Below are positions 16,747-26,785 of a stretch of DNA of 46,134 nt, in pieces (position 1 is the stretch's first letter; each line of letters starts with the position of its first letter). Under the pieces are notes generated by a model that was not told the DNA's origin, did no database searches, and saw only the letters and a list, made by a program, of their open reading frames with translations. Origin of the DNA: a virus (Duplodnaviria > Caudoviricetes); the IMG/VR virus record IMGVR_UViG_3300028585_000498, positions 1 to 46,134 of that record; one strand, written 5' to 3'. The position numbers and the translations under genes were made by a program.

Positions 16747-17313
16747 TTAATGCGTGTGGTGATTACTGTTGCCAGTGGCGTCAATGATCGCACCGGCGCT
16801 GGTGATACCCTTGGTAACGTGTAGCGCACCGTCGATCATCACCGCCGCTTTCAGATTGATGTTGCCGGTGGTCACGTTCACCGCGCTATCGGTTACGACC
16901 GCTTCCGTGCTGGCCACTTTGATGGTGACCGTACCGCTCGGCAGAGTGATGGTGTAGCTCTTAGCCTGCCAGTCGTAGATCAGCGAGCCGCCATCATCGA
17001 AGCGCCAGACCTCAACATGATCGCGATTATCTGGCGGCGGTCCGGCATTGCCATACAGGCCCGGGACAAACGTACCTTGTGACACGTCACCGCTGGGACT
17101 GATCAAACTGCCCTGCTCGCCCAAAGACGGCGCCCGCCAGTGCCTTGCCTTGCCGGCGGCGATGCTGTGCCACCGCACCCAAGCGCTGACCCATTCACTA
17201 CCATCCGACACGCGACATACCGGCGGCGAAGCGGACAGATCCACCGCGACCACGTAGCAAGCCTTTACCGCACCCGCGATCATGCGGTCATGCTGGGCGC
17301 TTGCGTAACTCAC
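16747..17313 (-). CDS. Baseplate spike (P2 gpV-like)
   Basis: WRAPSLGEQ, F.DG..I.YD, C-terminal HTH (HxH) motif. Confidence 0.92.
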   Translation of the reverse strand: MSYASAQHDRMIAGAVKACYVVAVDLSASPPVCRVSDGSEWVSAWVRWHSIAAGKARHWRAPSLGEQGSLISPSGDVSQGTFVPGLYGNAGPPPDNRDHVEVWRFDDGGSLIYDWQAKSYTITLPSGTVTIKVASTEAVVTDSAVNVTTGNINLKAAVMIDGALHVTKGITSAGAIIDATGNSNHHTH

Positions 17314-17822
17314 GGCAGATCCTCCGGCCTGAATTGCCCGTCACCCGGATCGACTTCAAACACCAACGTCCCCGGCGGTTCGTCCAACCACGGCCATTCC
17401 TCAACGCCGAGATATACCTGCTGAGTCCACTCCACCAGCCACACGGTGTAACCATCCAGATGCGGCTGGGTCCAGTCCTGCAGCGATTGCACAAACTCGG
17501 CGGGTTCAACTGCCAACCCCCACGTCTGTGCACGCAGCAGCACCGCCAGCTGTGTTGCCAATTGCACGGCCTGTTGATGATGGTGCGGCTTGATCGGGTC
17601 AACAATGATCCGAGCCTCGAACTTGCAGACGAGCGAGGTTTCGCCGGTACCGATATCGGTGCCCGGCTCGATCTCGGACACCTCCAAAAACACCGCTGGC
17701 AGCGACACGCGATCCTTAATGTCTGGCCAGGCTGTGACGGCCTGCACGCCAGGCAAGTGGGTACGCAGATGCTGTTCTACCGCCCGATAAAGCTGATCAA
17801 GGCTGAAAGGTTCCTCAGACAT
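17310..17822 (-). CDS. Putative tail completion/terminator protein
   Basis: Position upstream of spike gene; PAVFLE and W.VEWTQ motifs. Confidence 0.65.
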   Translation of the reverse strand: MSEEPFSLDQLYRAVEQHLRTHLPGVQAVTAWPDIKDRVSLPAVFLEVSEIEPGTDIGTGETSLVCKFEARIIVDPIKPHHHQQAVQLATQLAVLLRAQTWGLAVEPAEFVQSLQDWTQPHLDGYTVWLVEWTQQVYLGVEEWPWLDEPPGTLVFEVDPGDGQFRPEDLP

Positions 17823-18480
17823 TGCCGATCCTCTTGAGGTATTTTTGCAGCTCAAAGTTGAGCTCCTGCTTGAGGATCTCCAACAGGCGCTCGTCCGCTT
17901 TTTTTACCCAGCTTTCGAAGTGCGGTCGGGCTTGTTCCAGCGACACTTTGGCCTTGGCCAGTGGGAAACGACTGCCGTTTTCGGCAACCCAACCCGAACT
18001 CGGCCCACGACCAGGTGACACCGTGCTATCGGGGTAGTCGTCCGCGTTGAAATGCTTGCTGGCCGTGCGGATCCAGATGTCGGGCTTGTTGCCGTAGACC
18101 TTCTTGAGGAAAGCCCCTTGGTAGCGCCGCCCCGCTACTGATACACCGCTGCCGGTTTGCCGTGCCCGGCCGATCCGGCTGGACTCGATGGCGTTCAAAC
18201 CGAACCACAGTTTGCCACTCGCAGCACCGCCGGAAACCGGATAGCTGCGCAACCGCTGACGCACCGCCGCAACAGCGATGCGTTCTGACCGGCTGACCGC
18301 TCGGGCGATGTGCGTGCGCAACCAGCCCAACGTCTTGTTGATCGCGCGCCGATGCGCCGCCGCAGCCGCTTTCGGTACCACCTTGGCAAAGTCATGGAAC
18401 GCCTGAAAGTCAGCGGCCGAGGACTGAATGGAGATCATCCCGCCCCCGGCCGATGGTTTGAAATAGCTGCCGACACTCAT
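17815..18480 (-). CDS. Putative neck/minor tail protein (lambda Z-like)
   Basis: Basic N-terminus RRAINKT; position between head and tail genes. Confidence 0.6.
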   Translation of the reverse strand: MSVGSYFKPSAGGGMISIQSSAADFQAFHDFAKVVPKAAAAAHRRAINKTLGWLRTHIARAVSRSERIAVAAVRQRLRSYPVSGGAASGKLWFGLNAIESSRIGRARQTGSGVSVAGRRYQGAFLKKVYGNKPDIWIRTASKHFNADDYPDSTVSPGRGPSSGWVAENGSRFPLAKAKVSLEQARPHFESWVKKADERLLEILKQELNFELQKYLKRIGNV

Positions 18481-18797
18481 GGGCGCAACCTCAGGATCAG
18501 GGCGACCAGGCCGTCGCCGCTCGGCTCGAGCTGAATCAGGTCGTAGTCACCGCCACCGTCCAAGGCAGGCAATTCGACGCTGACCAGCATTCCCTGCTGC
18601 AGACCTTGCGAATCGCTGACACGGATCTCGAAGCGCGGCTCGCGCAACCCGGTGTTGAGCTTGCCGAACTTGGGTTGCAGCCAGGGCGCGGCAAACATGC
18701 CGAACACTGGCTCTTCGCGACCCTCGATCCGCGCGGTGTCGCCCAGCGTTTCGAACACCACCGCGTCAACCTCGGCGATCAGCTCGCGAAAGCCCAT
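18477..18797 (-). CDS. Head-tail joining protein (gpFII-like)
   Basis: Small beta-rich ORF immediately after the capsid gene. Confidence 0.6.
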   Translation of the reverse strand: MGFRELIAEVDAVVFETLGDTARIEGREEPVFGMFAAPWLQPKFGKLNTGLREPRFEIRVSDSQGLQQGMLVSVELPALDGGGDYDLIQLEPSGDGLVALILRLRP

Positions 18798-18799
18798 GG

Positions 18800-19795
18800 T
18801 CAGAGTTCCAGCAGGATCTGGGCGCGCGGTCGAGTGCACAGGTGCAGCGGGTTGGACTGAGCTTCACCGGCCATACCTTTGTTGAAGGGCAGCGGCTCAA
18901 TCATGCTGTAGTACGGGATGCCCTGGGTGTTGACCGTTTCCATGTAGTCGGCCGGTGCAAACACGGAGATGTACAGATCGGGCACGCCTTCCGGAACCAG
19001 AAGCGCCTTATCGTCATGGACAAAAGACAAGCCGGCGACCTTGCCACGGTAACGCTCCCAGATGATGCCGCCGAATTCGAAGCTTTCCCGGGCGTCACCA
19101 CGCAGTGCTGCCGCTTGCTGACTGTTGAGGTAGGTCTCTTTGACCGACTTGTGAACAATCAGCTTGTTCCAGAAGTTCTTGCCGCAGAAAGCGCGCGAGC
19201 CGGTACTGGTCACGCTGCCCAGCGCATCCTCCTGCATGTCCAGCGCCTCGCCGCACCTGACCCGCAGCTCGGTACCGGCATCAGCCAGCCCCATGGGCAA
19301 CTTCTGACGCTGCACACCGAAGCGCTCATACAAATCCAGCAGAACCGTCGAGCCATCAGCGTCGAGGATCTGGCCGTTGAGTGCGCCCATGCGCTGGAAC
19401 TCATGCGTGGCGTCCAACTGTCGACGCGCCTTAGCCAGACGCGCATTGACCACGTCCTGCACCGCCTGCAGCTCGGTGCGAGTGCCGAAGGCGCGGATGC
19501 CTTGGATCTCATCCGCCTTGATGGTGAAACGCTCCGGCAGGTGCACGGTGTTGAACGGGATCAGGTTGCGCTTGCTGGCCGCAACTACCAAGCCTGAACC
19601 ACCGCGCTCACCGGCCGGCACCAGTGCCAGGGTGTCACCGTCCTTTTCAATCTGCACGGTCAGGGTGGTAATGCCTTCCTCGCGGAACAGGCCCAGGGCG
19701 CTGATGCGGCCCGGCAGGTAGGGTTGATCATTGAGTGCAGCGGTCAGCGAGGTAACGGTAAACGCTTCGTCTTCAAAAATGGCGATATCGGCCAT
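18800..19795 (-). CDS. Major capsid protein (lambda gpE-like)
   Basis: LFREEGI, ATHEFQRMGAL.G, QSNPLHLCTRP. Confidence 0.92.
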   Translation of the reverse strand: MADIAIFEDEAFTVTSLTAALNDQPYLPGRISALGLFREEGITTLTVQIEKDGDTLALVPAGERGGSGLVVAASKRNLIPFNTVHLPERFTIKADEIQGIRAFGTRTELQAVQDVVNARLAKARRQLDATHEFQRMGALNGQILDADGSTVLLDLYERFGVQRQKLPMGLADAGTELRVRCGEALDMQEDALGSVTSTGSRAFCGKNFWNKLIVHKSVKETYLNSQQAAALRGDARESFEFGGIIWERYRGKVAGLSFVHDDKALLVPEGVPDLYISVFAPADYMETVNTQGIPYYSMIEPLPFNKGMAGEAQSNPLHLCTRPRAQILLEL

Positions 19796-19858
19796 GGGTA
19801 CTCTCCAGAAACGAAAAATCCCGCACGCGGCGGGATGCAAATTAAAGAGGGAAATGTT

Positions 19859-20203
19859 TTAGCGGACGATCAGCGAATGTGCGGCCAAGGCTTTCTCAGC
19901 GGCCAGATCGAGGCCGGTCAAGTGCGCTTCGCTGACCTCGGCCAGCCGCACCACGGCGCGACCGCGACGCACCACGTCGGATTCACCGAGCGGACCGTAC
20001 AGAATGGCGACAGCGTTTTCGGTGCCGTCCTCTGCCGTCGGTTCGTACGGTGCGAATTCGCCGGTGGCGGTCACCAGCCCGAGAATTTGGCCCGGCCACA
20101 ATGCTGGACCCGCCGCGACATTGATCGCTTCGCGCGAGATGGTGCCGGCGCCCTCGGACAGCAGGAATTCACCTGCGTGCATCGGTTCCTGTTTGATGGT
20201 CAT
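19859..20203 (-). CDS. Head decoration protein (gpD-like)
   Basis: EFLLSE..SRE, DGTENAVAIL; between protease and capsid genes. Confidence 0.85.
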   Translation of the reverse strand: MTIKQEPMHAGEFLLSEGAGTISREAINVAAGPALWPGQILGLVTATGEFAPYEPTAEDGTENAVAILYGPLGESDVVRRGRAVVRLAEVSEAHLTGLDLAAEKALAAHSLIVR

Positions 20204-21353
20204 GCTCGTGCTCCTTTCGCGCCTAGCGCGGTTCCTGTTTGGGCCGCTTGCCGAGCAGCCCAAATCGAGTTGGGGTCAGGTTGTTTGGCCAGCACCTTGG
20301 GCGCTGGGTCATCCGTCAGCGGCAGACTGTTGTCGATTTCAAAGCCTTTGCCGCTGGTGACAATCTTGTCGAACAGACGCGCCCGAACCGCCGCCGCATC
20401 CAGACCGGCCGCGACATACTCGGCGCTGAATTCCGGCAGACGCGCGGCGACGCAGAGGTCGTTCACCGCCTTGGCGCGAGCCAAGCCGGCGAGCACGATT
20501 TCCTCGCTTTCGAGCTGGGTAGAATTGAGCAGTGGCTCGACCAGATTGCTGATGCCCGCCGCCGTGCAGCGCTGAGTAATCATCAGTGCCAACTTTGCCG
20601 AGTCGACTACAGGCGGTACCAGGGGAGGATCGACAGGTTCAAGCTCGGGATCCGGTTCAGGTGGCTCGTCGAGCTGCGCCACCAACTCAACCGGAGCGTG
20701 CTGGAACCGTTGCAACACCGCGCCTTGACCGAGGCATGCTTTGACCTTGATGCCGTCGCCGACTTCGTCTGCAAGACCAAGAGCCACCGCTTCGTTAGCA
20801 GTCAGCCAGGTTTCAGCATCAACCATTCGCCGCAGCTCGGCGTCATCGATGTCCGGCGCCTTGGCCTTATAGGCCGCGATGATCGCCTCCAAGGTTTGAT
20901 CCAGTACATCAGCGACCCGGCGGAAGTCCTCAGCGCCACCGCCTGCATAGGTGTATGGGTTGTGAATCATCAACATGGCGTTCGCCGCGATGACTACGCG
21001 GTGTGCACCGCACACGGCGACACTCGCGGCACTGGCAGCAAGCGCATCGATACGTCCGGTGCAACGCTCGCCCAGACGCGACAGCGCGTTGTGCATGGCC
21101 AGTCCGTCGAACAGGTCGCCACCGATACTGTTGAACGCGGCCACCACCGGCGACACACCATCATCCATGGCGCGCAGATCCTGCACGAACTGATTGGCAG
21201 TGATGCCCACGCGCCGATCTCGCCATAGACGAAAACCTCGATCACTCGCTCGGTGGCCTCTCCGTTGGCCTGCAGGGCGTACCAGGTCTTGTCCTGAACC
21301 TCGACACGCTTGCCCGCGCGGTTGTAAATGCGCGGTCGCGCTTGTTTGCTCAT
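20200..21353 (-). pseudogene. ClpP-like head maturation protease/scaffold, frameshifted near 21207
   Basis: ...VYGEIGAW in one frame continues as GITANQF..NSIGG..AASAAS..MIHNP in another; GGG where GGGG is needed. Confidence 0.8.
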
Positions 21354-22831
21354 GGTTGCTCCTTGTCGTCGGTGTCTTCGACGGCATCCAGGGTGTTGTA
21401 GTTGAGGCCCAATAAGGTGGCGCGTGCCAGATCAGCAGCGTTTTCCAGATCGACCGTTTCGGCGTCGTAGCCAGTGCGCAAAACCATCTCGCTGCGCGAC
21501 GAAAAACCGGCTCTAACCTCCATCGCTCGCGCCTGCACGTCCTGCACCGGCTGGATGTAGGCCCAGCCTTGTGGCACCCAGCGGGTGCGCAGGTATTGGC
21601 GGCGCTTCTGTGCGTAATCGTCCAGCACCAAGACACCCGACAGCACCGCCATGTCCATCCACGCAGCCCGTACCGGGCGGCAGAGTTGATGCACGTACAC
21701 GCTGAACTGCAGTTGTTCCAGGCGACGCCGAAACTCGTTGAGTACCACCCGCAGCGCTCGATCGTTGATTCCGCGCATGTCGCCGGTGAGGATCTCGTAA
21801 GGCGTACCCGATCCCGCTGCAGCAGCCATCAGTTGCTGCCGCATGAAGTCCGGGTAGTTGTTGCCGGCGTCTGGCGGTTTGGAAAACTCAACCTCTTCGC
21901 CAGCGCCAAGTTCCTGCATGGTGCCGGGTTCGAGCGCAACCATCGGCGTGAAGCCGTCGCGGTCCAGATCCAATAACGCGCCGGTGACCGGATCGCGTGG
22001 AACCGGTCCCGATTCCGGCGCCGGGCGCTTGATGAAACCGGCAAACAGGTTGGCCACCTCTTGGCGGAACAGCACCGCGTCGTCGTAGTTGTCCAGACTG
22101 CGCAGCCGTTTGAGTACCGGCGACAATCGCGGCACACCGCGCAACTGACCCGGCTCAACCGGTTCGAAGATGTGCAGCACCTGCGCGGCCGGGACGCGCA
22201 CTAGCTGGTTGTACCCGGCGCTCAACGAGGCCGAGTCACGCGGATGCGACAGGTACATCCAATACGCTACCCGCTTGCCGCCGGGCGTGAATTCGATGCC
22301 GGCGCGGATGATGTTGCCGTTCTTGGTGCTCTCGAATTTGTCGTGCGGCACGAACTCCGGCGCCAGTATCTGCAACTGCAGCGGAACCGCCAAACCTTCG
22401 TCGCGACTGCGAGGACGCAACCGGACGAAGCACTCGCCCGATGTTTCCACCGTGCGCGCCACTAGCGCCTGCTGGCCGTAAAAGTCGGTGCGGTCATCCG
22501 CATCAGACTCATCAACCCAATCGCTCCACAGCTCCTGCAGCAGTTTGCGCAGGGCATCATCGTCGGTTGTCGGCCGAGGGGTGATGCCGGTGCCGATCAG
22601 GTTGCTGACGCGCTTGTCGATGACGTTGAAGGCATACGGATCATTGCGAACCGCTGCCCGGGAGCGCGACCGCAAATTGCGCAGTGCCGGGGTGTTGATG
22701 CTGTTGATCCCGTTGTCGGGAGCGTCCCAGTTAGCGGATCGGCGGCCTTCACCAGCGCCTTCGTAACTGGCCTTGATGTTGGACGGCAGCACAAAGCCGT
22801 TACGGGTCAACGTCGGAAAATGTCGAGCCAT
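21350..22831 (-). CDS. Portal protein, lambda family
   Basis: LRSRSR..VRND, GQLRGVP, G.PYE.LTGD. Confidence 0.93.
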   Translation of the reverse strand: MARHFPTLTRNGFVLPSNIKASYEGAGEGRRSANWDAPDNGINSINTPALRNLRSRSRAAVRNDPYAFNVIDKRVSNLIGTGITPRPTTDDDALRKLLQELWSDWVDESDADDRTDFYGQQALVARTVETSGECFVRLRPRSRDEGLAVPLQLQILAPEFVPHDKFESTKNGNIIRAGIEFTPGGKRVAYWMYLSHPRDSASLSAGYNQLVRVPAAQVLHIFEPVEPGQLRGVPRLSPVLKRLRSLDNYDDAVLFRQEVANLFAGFIKRPAPESGPVPRDPVTGALLDLDRDGFTPMVALEPGTMQELGAGEEVEFSKPPDAGNNYPDFMRQQLMAAAAGSGTPYEILTGDMRGINDRALRVVLNEFRRRLEQLQFSVYVHQLCRPVRAAWMDMAVLSGVLVLDDYAQKRRQYLRTRWVPQGWAYIQPVQDVQARAMEVRAGFSSRSEMVLRTGYDAETVDLENAADLARATLLGLNYNTLDAVEDTDDKEQP

Positions 22832-23037
22832 TAAAGTCCCTTGCCCCCGTGATAAAGGCGAACCACGCGCGAACGTGGCCCGGCGGCGCTGGCCAGCGAC
22901 GAGCGTATTTCTTCGCGCGCCTTGAGCAGCTCATCGACCGTGCGGTATTCCACGGTACGGTCGGTGTAGCGCACAGTTTTTTCACCGCGAGCAATGGCCG
23001 CCTCAACCGCGTCGAGGTGCTTTTTCGTAAATGACAT
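22831..23037 (-). CDS. Head-tail adaptor (lambda gpW-like)
   Basis: 68 aa, GEKTVRY.DRTVEY, between terminase and portal. Confidence 0.85.
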   Translation of the reverse strand: MSFTKKHLDAVEAAIARGEKTVRYTDRTVEYRTVDELLKAREEIRSSLASAAGPRSRVVRLYHGGKGL

Positions 23038-23038
23038 A

Positions 23039-25033
23039 TCAGCGTCTCTTCAGGTAGCCACTGGTGGAACTGCGGCGTTGTGGGGGAGCAACTGCCGGAA
23101 GTAATTTCACGGCTGGTTGCGCCGCCTGCGGTGCTGCCGGTGTTATGACTGGCCGGCTGAGCCGTTCGCTCTGAACGGGTTGGCTGCTATCGCCCGAAAC
23201 CGACTGGTTGACCGCCTGCCGAATCCGCGCCCAATCGTGATCTTGGTAGCGGTTGATGCCGAGGTAATGGGCCATGGCCAGGTTGTAAACCAACAGATCG
23301 AGCGCTTCGTTACGCTCGGATTTGCCCTTGGTCCATTCGATGCGTTTATGCCCCCTGACGTAACGGGTGACTTTGCGCTCAGCCACGCACTGGGCGAAAA
23401 AGTCATCCGGCAGGTCGTTGGCAAAGTGCAGCGCTCCCGGGCCGGTGTCGAATACATAGCGGTTATAGATCCAGTCCTTCGCCGTGTCGGTACCGACAAT
23501 CCAAAGCTCGGCGCCATGCCGCTCAGTCAGGCCCTTCCATGTCACGTCGACCATCGAAGGTCGCTGCGCGATCACCGGCCGGCCCCGCTTGCTCGCCCCC
23601 TTGATGGCGAACACACTGCGCCAGCGGCGCATACGACAGAACTGATAGACCTCATCCGTATGGTTACCACCGGAGTCGACCGCAGTAGCCATGATCATCA
23701 GCTCAGCACCACAAGGGTGTCGGTAACGGGCCTTGAGTAACTCGTCCAGCGCCGCCCAGGTGCGCTCATCGGCGGGGTCGCCGGAGATCACTTGAAAGTC
23801 GACCACCCAGCGCTCCATGCCAGCACCCCAACCCATCACCATCAGTTCCAGGCGGTTGGCTTGGGTGTCAACAGAAGCGGTCAGCATCAACACGCCGTCG
23901 GGCATTGAGCCAAGCCCGAAGTTTTCCAGCCGCGCCCGATCCCTCAGCACATCGGCCGAGGTTTGCTCCTGAGCGCTATCCCAGACCTTGGCCAGACGAG
24001 TGTTATAAAACACCTGCATCGGCTCCAGATCGCCTTTGGCCTGAGCCTTTTTAGCCTTCTCGAATTGCTTGGCCAACGAGGCCCAACCGGTCCAGCCGGG
24101 CGGCGAGTACAACGCATTCAAGTTAAAACCAATGGTTTCACCATCGCCTTGGGTGTGTGCTCGCCACTCCCCTTTCGCCAGCATCTCGCCCTTATAGCGC
24201 TCCTCGATCAGTACGTCGCAGTCGGGGCCAGCGCACTGGTAATGCACAACCTGAAAATCCGCCGAGTAATGCAAACGCTCCCACTCCAGAACCTGCATGT
24301 GTTCACAGGTTGGGCACGGCACGTAGTAGTAACGCTGATCGCTGACCTCAAACAGATCAGCGATCCGTGACGCCCCCCTGACCGTCGGCGAACTGGAAAA
24401 GTAAAATTTCGCGTTGCGGCCGAAAGTACTACCGCGAGTCTCGGCCAGCTCGACCGGGTCGCCCTCTTCACCCACGTCCACACTCCAGCGATCAACCTCG
24501 TCGCCGTAGATGTAGCGTGCGGAAAGCTCCGCCAGGTTGGCCGCAGAACCGGCCGTGGTGATGTACAGCGAACCACCCTCGAACTCCTTCGTGTCCATGG
24601 TGTTGCGCGCATCTCGCGAGCGGTTGGACGCCACGCGCTCACGCAGAACCGGCGTAGCCTTGATGGTTTTACCAATACGCGACGATACCCGCTTGGCCAA
24701 CCCCAGGCTGGGCAACAACGTCAGGATGTTGGACGGGGCCATATGGATCAGGCCGCCGATCCAGTTCAAGGCGATCTGCGTTTTCATCAACTGCGAAGCC
24801 ACCATGGTCACCACCCGCTTGCACGGGTGGGCTGGTGACAGACAGCGCATCGGCTCACGCGCATAAGGGGTGCGCGAAGTGTGGTATTGACCAGGCTCGG
24901 CCGCACCCGTGTCGCGCGGAATGCGCATGTACTCGTCGGCCCACTGGTCAATCCAGACATCTGGCTCTGGTCGCTGCCCACGGAAATACGCTTCGCGGTA
25001 CACCGTCGCACCGTTCGACATTTCTAAGGACAT
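23039..25033 (-). CDS. Terminase large subunit (lambda gpA family)
   Basis: ASQLMKT Walker A variant, YIYGDEVD Walker B, SSPT, RNEALD. Confidence 0.95.
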   Translation of the reverse strand: MSLEMSNGATVYREAYFRGQRPEPDVWIDQWADEYMRIPRDTGAAEPGQYHTSRTPYAREPMRCLSPAHPCKRVVTMVASQLMKTQIALNWIGGLIHMAPSNILTLLPSLGLAKRVSSRIGKTIKATPVLRERVASNRSRDARNTMDTKEFEGGSLYITTAGSAANLAELSARYIYGDEVDRWSVDVGEEGDPVELAETRGSTFGRNAKFYFSSSPTVRGASRIADLFEVSDQRYYYVPCPTCEHMQVLEWERLHYSADFQVVHYQCAGPDCDVLIEERYKGEMLAKGEWRAHTQGDGETIGFNLNALYSPPGWTGWASLAKQFEKAKKAQAKGDLEPMQVFYNTRLAKVWDSAQEQTSADVLRDRARLENFGLGSMPDGVLMLTASVDTQANRLELMVMGWGAGMERWVVDFQVISGDPADERTWAALDELLKARYRHPCGAELMIMATAVDSGGNHTDEVYQFCRMRRWRSVFAIKGASKRGRPVIAQRPSMVDVTWKGLTERHGAELWIVGTDTAKDWIYNRYVFDTGPGALHFANDLPDDFFAQCVAERKVTRYVRGHKRIEWTKGKSERNEALDLLVYNLAMAHYLGINRYQDHDWARIRQAVNQSVSGDSSQPVQSERLSRPVITPAAPQAAQPAVKLLPAVAPPQRRSSTSGYLKRR

Positions 25034-25037
25034 AGGT

Positions 25038-25607
25038 TTAGCTCGGGGTAATGGCTTGTTCTAAATCTGCTGTAGACAGTCGCTCAGCATCTTCCAGTGT
25101 TTGTCGTAAAGCCGCCGTCAGACGCTTTTCGATTTGCCATGGATCAGACAGCGAGGCCAGTTCAGGCGATAGCTGTGGCGCCATTCCAAGCAAAAGATCG
25201 CGCAGTAAGCGACCGGCGTTATAGGCCGCATCTTCGACCGCTTTGCGCTCTACCAAGGTGCCTTGGGCTTTAAGGAAGTTGTTTTTTTCCTGAAGCGACA
25301 GGTAGTGCTCACGAAGCGCGCGTGACTTTTGAAAGTCGGGTACCTGGCCAGAGGGGTCATCTACAAAGTCTGCGATGACTATTTCCAGCGGTGGCTGATC
25401 ACCCCGCTTCGGGCGATTGCGCTCATGTCGAGCGGCGACGGCGGCCTTGCTCGGGTCGCTCGTCATGGCCAGAAGCTTCTCGCTGGCCTCCACATCAATC
25501 TTCCCGGTGGCATTCAGAACCAGTCGTTGACTCTTGACCAGCTTGCCAACGTACTGCCGAGACCACCCCTTCAGCTCGCAGTACTCCTTGCGAGTTACAA
25601 AAGCCAT
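25038..25607 (-). CDS. Terminase small subunit
   Basis: N-terminal winged-HTH-like GWSRQYVGKL, directly upstream of terL and downstream of cos. Confidence 0.8.
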   Translation of the reverse strand: MAFVTRKEYCELKGWSRQYVGKLVKSQRLVLNATGKIDVEASEKLLAMTSDPSKAAVAARHERNRPKRGDQPPLEIVIADFVDDPSGQVPDFQKSRALREHYLSLQEKNNFLKAQGTLVERKAVEDAAYNAGRLLRDLLLGMAPQLSPELASLSDPWQIEKRLTAALRQTLEDAERLSTADLEQAITPS

Positions 25608-25634
25608 GCGGCCTCCATCGTCGTGGCTTGTTAA

Positions 25635-25837
25635 GCCTGTCAACTAACCCGGCTTAGTTGACAGGCCTTCCGACCATTGCGCCGGGGCTGCTGTTTAAGA
25701 AAATGAACAGGCATGAAAAGCCTATACAGCCCAATAGAACCGGGGGGACTTCACTAAAAAACACTGTTTGGATCATGCGAACTCTGTCGCTGAAAACACA
25801 GAATTCCTTGTCAACCTGTCAACCGCTGTCAACTAAC
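25635..25837. repeat. cosB-like TGTCAAC repeats
   Basis: 13-bp inverted repeat at 25635-25666 and three TGTCAAC copies at 25809, 25817, 25827. Confidence 0.65.
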
Positions 25838-25862
25838 TTTCCAGCCCTGTGGCTAACGCTTT

Positions 25863-25908
25863 CCCGCGGGTTTCCGACCCCGTACCCTTCGGATAACCCT
25901 AGGGTCCC
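25863..25908 (-). other. cos site (cosQ-like plus cosN); predicted 12-nt end GGGTCGGAAACC
   Basis: Minus strand GGGACCC..GGTTATCCGAAGGGTACG/GGGTCGGAAACC/CGCGGG parallels lambda GGGTCCT..GGTGATCCGACAGGTTACG/GGGCGGCGACCT/CGCGGG. Confidence 0.75.
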
Positions 25909-26028
25909 CGGCGATGTGCGCTACAGGTCGGGTCGGGTCTCACCTTTGACCCACAACTCCTATCCGTCATCGCCTATCACGCGGACCTGCATTGGCCGAT
26001 CTCCTTGGAGTATTTGATTGTCAGCGAC

Positions 26029-26349
26029 CTACTCGTCGACTTGAATACCTGCCTTCTTTGCCAAAAACCGGGTGTACAAACCACCGGCTACATCGGCACC
26101 AATCACCGCAATGACGATGCCCAATCCAGCAGCAAGGTAGTGGTTGTTCCAGAGGGCCATCGCTAGCAGCAACGTGGCCATTCCGAGCAAGCCTGACGCG
26201 AGAAAACGTAACGCTACTCGCTGCAGGATCTGGCGTAACCCGAGGTCACTGCCTGATGCTCTAAGCATCTCCCCCGACAAGCCTGCCATGCTCAGCAGTA
26301 TCAGAAGCCAAAGGGGTACATCCGCGAGAGCTTGTTGCTCCGTGCTCAT
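26029..26349 (-). CDS. Holin
   Basis: 106 aa, about 3 TM helices, basic C-terminus, first late-operon gene. Confidence 0.75.
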   Translation of the reverse strand: MSTEQQALADVPLWLLILLSMAGLSGEMLRASGSDLGLRQILQRVALRFLASGLLGMATLLLAMALWNNHYLAAGLGIVIAVIGADVAGGLYTRFLAKKAGIQVDE

Positions 26350-26785
26350 CTTTTGTCCTCAAATAGGTTCGGCCTCCATATCACTGTCATCCGCGCAGGG
26401 CAAAGACACGGGCATGGCGCCAGAAACGAAAAAGCCCCGCTCAATTGCAGGGCTTATTAGTCAGTAAAAAAACCGACTCGATGGCCGGCGTCATGAAAGT
26501 GTCTCGCTGCGTTCACAGCAGTTCACGCTGCTATAAAAACAAATCTATTCCGCGCGGAAAAGGTTTTTTAAAGTCCGCCACGAGCGCCGGCGCCATGACG
26601 GCATTCGCCAAGAAGACGATCTGACATTCGTAAAAGGCAGAGGACTCAGCTTCAGAGGTGGCAGTTTGACACCAAATTGCTTAATCTGTTGCAAGAAACC
26701 AAATCGTACGCTCGGCGGCAAACAACGCGACAAGAGTTATCCAGCCAGTTATTTCCAATCTGCCAAACACAAAAAAGAAATCGCC

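Noticed and set aside
21354-21636. N-terminal part of the 478-aa ORF 20200-21636
   Set aside because: Lies within the portal gene; an artefact of the protease frameshift
5008-24866. Long + strand ORFs such as 5008-5949, 7931-8746, 9808-10875 and 20239-21228
   Set aside because: Antisense shadows of GC-rich structural genes with no motifs
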